Of a stretch of DNA of 64,000 bases, positions 63,613 through 64,000 are shown piece after piece. Each line of letters starts with the position of its first letter. Position 1 is the stretch's first letter. This DNA comes from Roseococcus sp. Its GTDB lineage: Bacteria; Pseudomonadota; Alphaproteobacteria; Acetobacterales; Acetobacteraceae. The notes beneath the pieces were generated by a model. That model was not told the origin of the DNA. It worked only from the letters and a program-made list of their open reading frames with translations, and did not search any database. A program made the position numbers and the translations under genes. The stretch spans positions 25,953 through 89,952 of the forward strand of contig JAIEQY010000227.1 of NCBI GenBank assembly GCA_019747315.1, in the 5' to 3' direction.

Positions 63613-64000
63613 ATGCACGCACGCATCGTCAACGGCCGCGTGGCCGAGATCTTCCCCGCCAGCGACACGCCCCTGGCCGAGCGCTTCCACCCGGCCCTGG
63701 TCGCGGCGATGGTCGAGGCGGGGCCCGAGGTCCAGCCCGGCTGGCTCTGGGACGGCGTGGCCTTCACCCCGCCGCCCCCGCCACCGCCTGCACCGCCGCC
63801 GCCCGCGCCCATGGTGATTGCCCTTTGGCAGTTCCGGCGCGAGCTGCGGGCGCGCGGTTGGTGGGAGGATGTGCAGGCGGCCATCGCCGCCCTCCCGGCC
63901 GAGCAGCGGGCGGATGCGGAGGAGTGGCTGGAATACGGCACCGAGGTGCGCCGCGACGCGCCCCTGCTGCTGGCGCTGGCCGGCGCGCTCGGCCTGACGG
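63613..64000 (+). CDS. Tail fibre assembly-like protein (3' truncated by window edge)
   Basis: ARI..G.V.EI, FHP.L, V.PGW..DG..F.PP; open to window end. Confidence 0.75.
   Translation, partial: MHARIVNGRVAEIFPASDTPLAERFHPALVAAMVEAGPEVQPGWLWDGVAFTPPPPPPPAPPPPAPMVIALWQFRRELRARGWWEDVQAAIAALPAEQRADAEEWLEYGTEVRRDAPLLLALAGALGLT

Larger units (their letters stand above)
28078..64000 (+). mobile_element. Mu-like transposable prophage (contractile tail), right end outside window
   Basis: TG left end, c/ner, MuA DDE transposase, MuB ATPase, Gam, GemA, Mor-like, and complete Mu-order head/tail genes with no visible frame disruptions. Confidence 0.97.

Noticed and set aside
62540-64000. Invertible tail-fibre segment or diversity-generating retroelement
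   Set aside because: No invertase, inverted sites, reverse transcriptase or template/variable repeat pair within the window; the right end is not visible.

Overview
High-GC alphaproteobacterial chromosome segment; gene content (tandem Bug/TctC genes, lpxI, GGGGTCTGGGG palindromes) suggests a Roseomonas-like Acetobacteraceae, by inference only. Positions 1-28022 are host genes: the conserved rpsB-tsf-pyrH-frr-uppS-cdsA-dxr-rseP-bamA-skp-lpxD-fabZ-lpxA-lpxI cluster, gloA, several metabolic and stress genes, prfC, three bug paralogues, rarA and fluC. From 28078 to beyond the window end lies an apparently intact Mu-like transposable prophage with a contractile tail: left end, S24 repressor/ner switch, A/B transposition genes, accessory early genes, lysis, head, tail and baseplate. 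The most interesting signals are in the prophage: (1) a MuF head protein with a C-terminal PBECR2-like nuclease, no protein immunity gene, and a structured, promoter-bearing antisense element directly behind it (candidate RNA-controlled virion toxin); (2) a serine-less acyl-carrier-protein mimic in the transposition operon; (3) DnaA domain IV and domain I-like modules on separate genes; (4) a candidate ~55-nt antisense RNA over the MuB ribosome-binding site; (5) a candidate central gyrase site that predicts the right end near 66.9 kb. All family calls come from motif recognition by eye; no searches were run.
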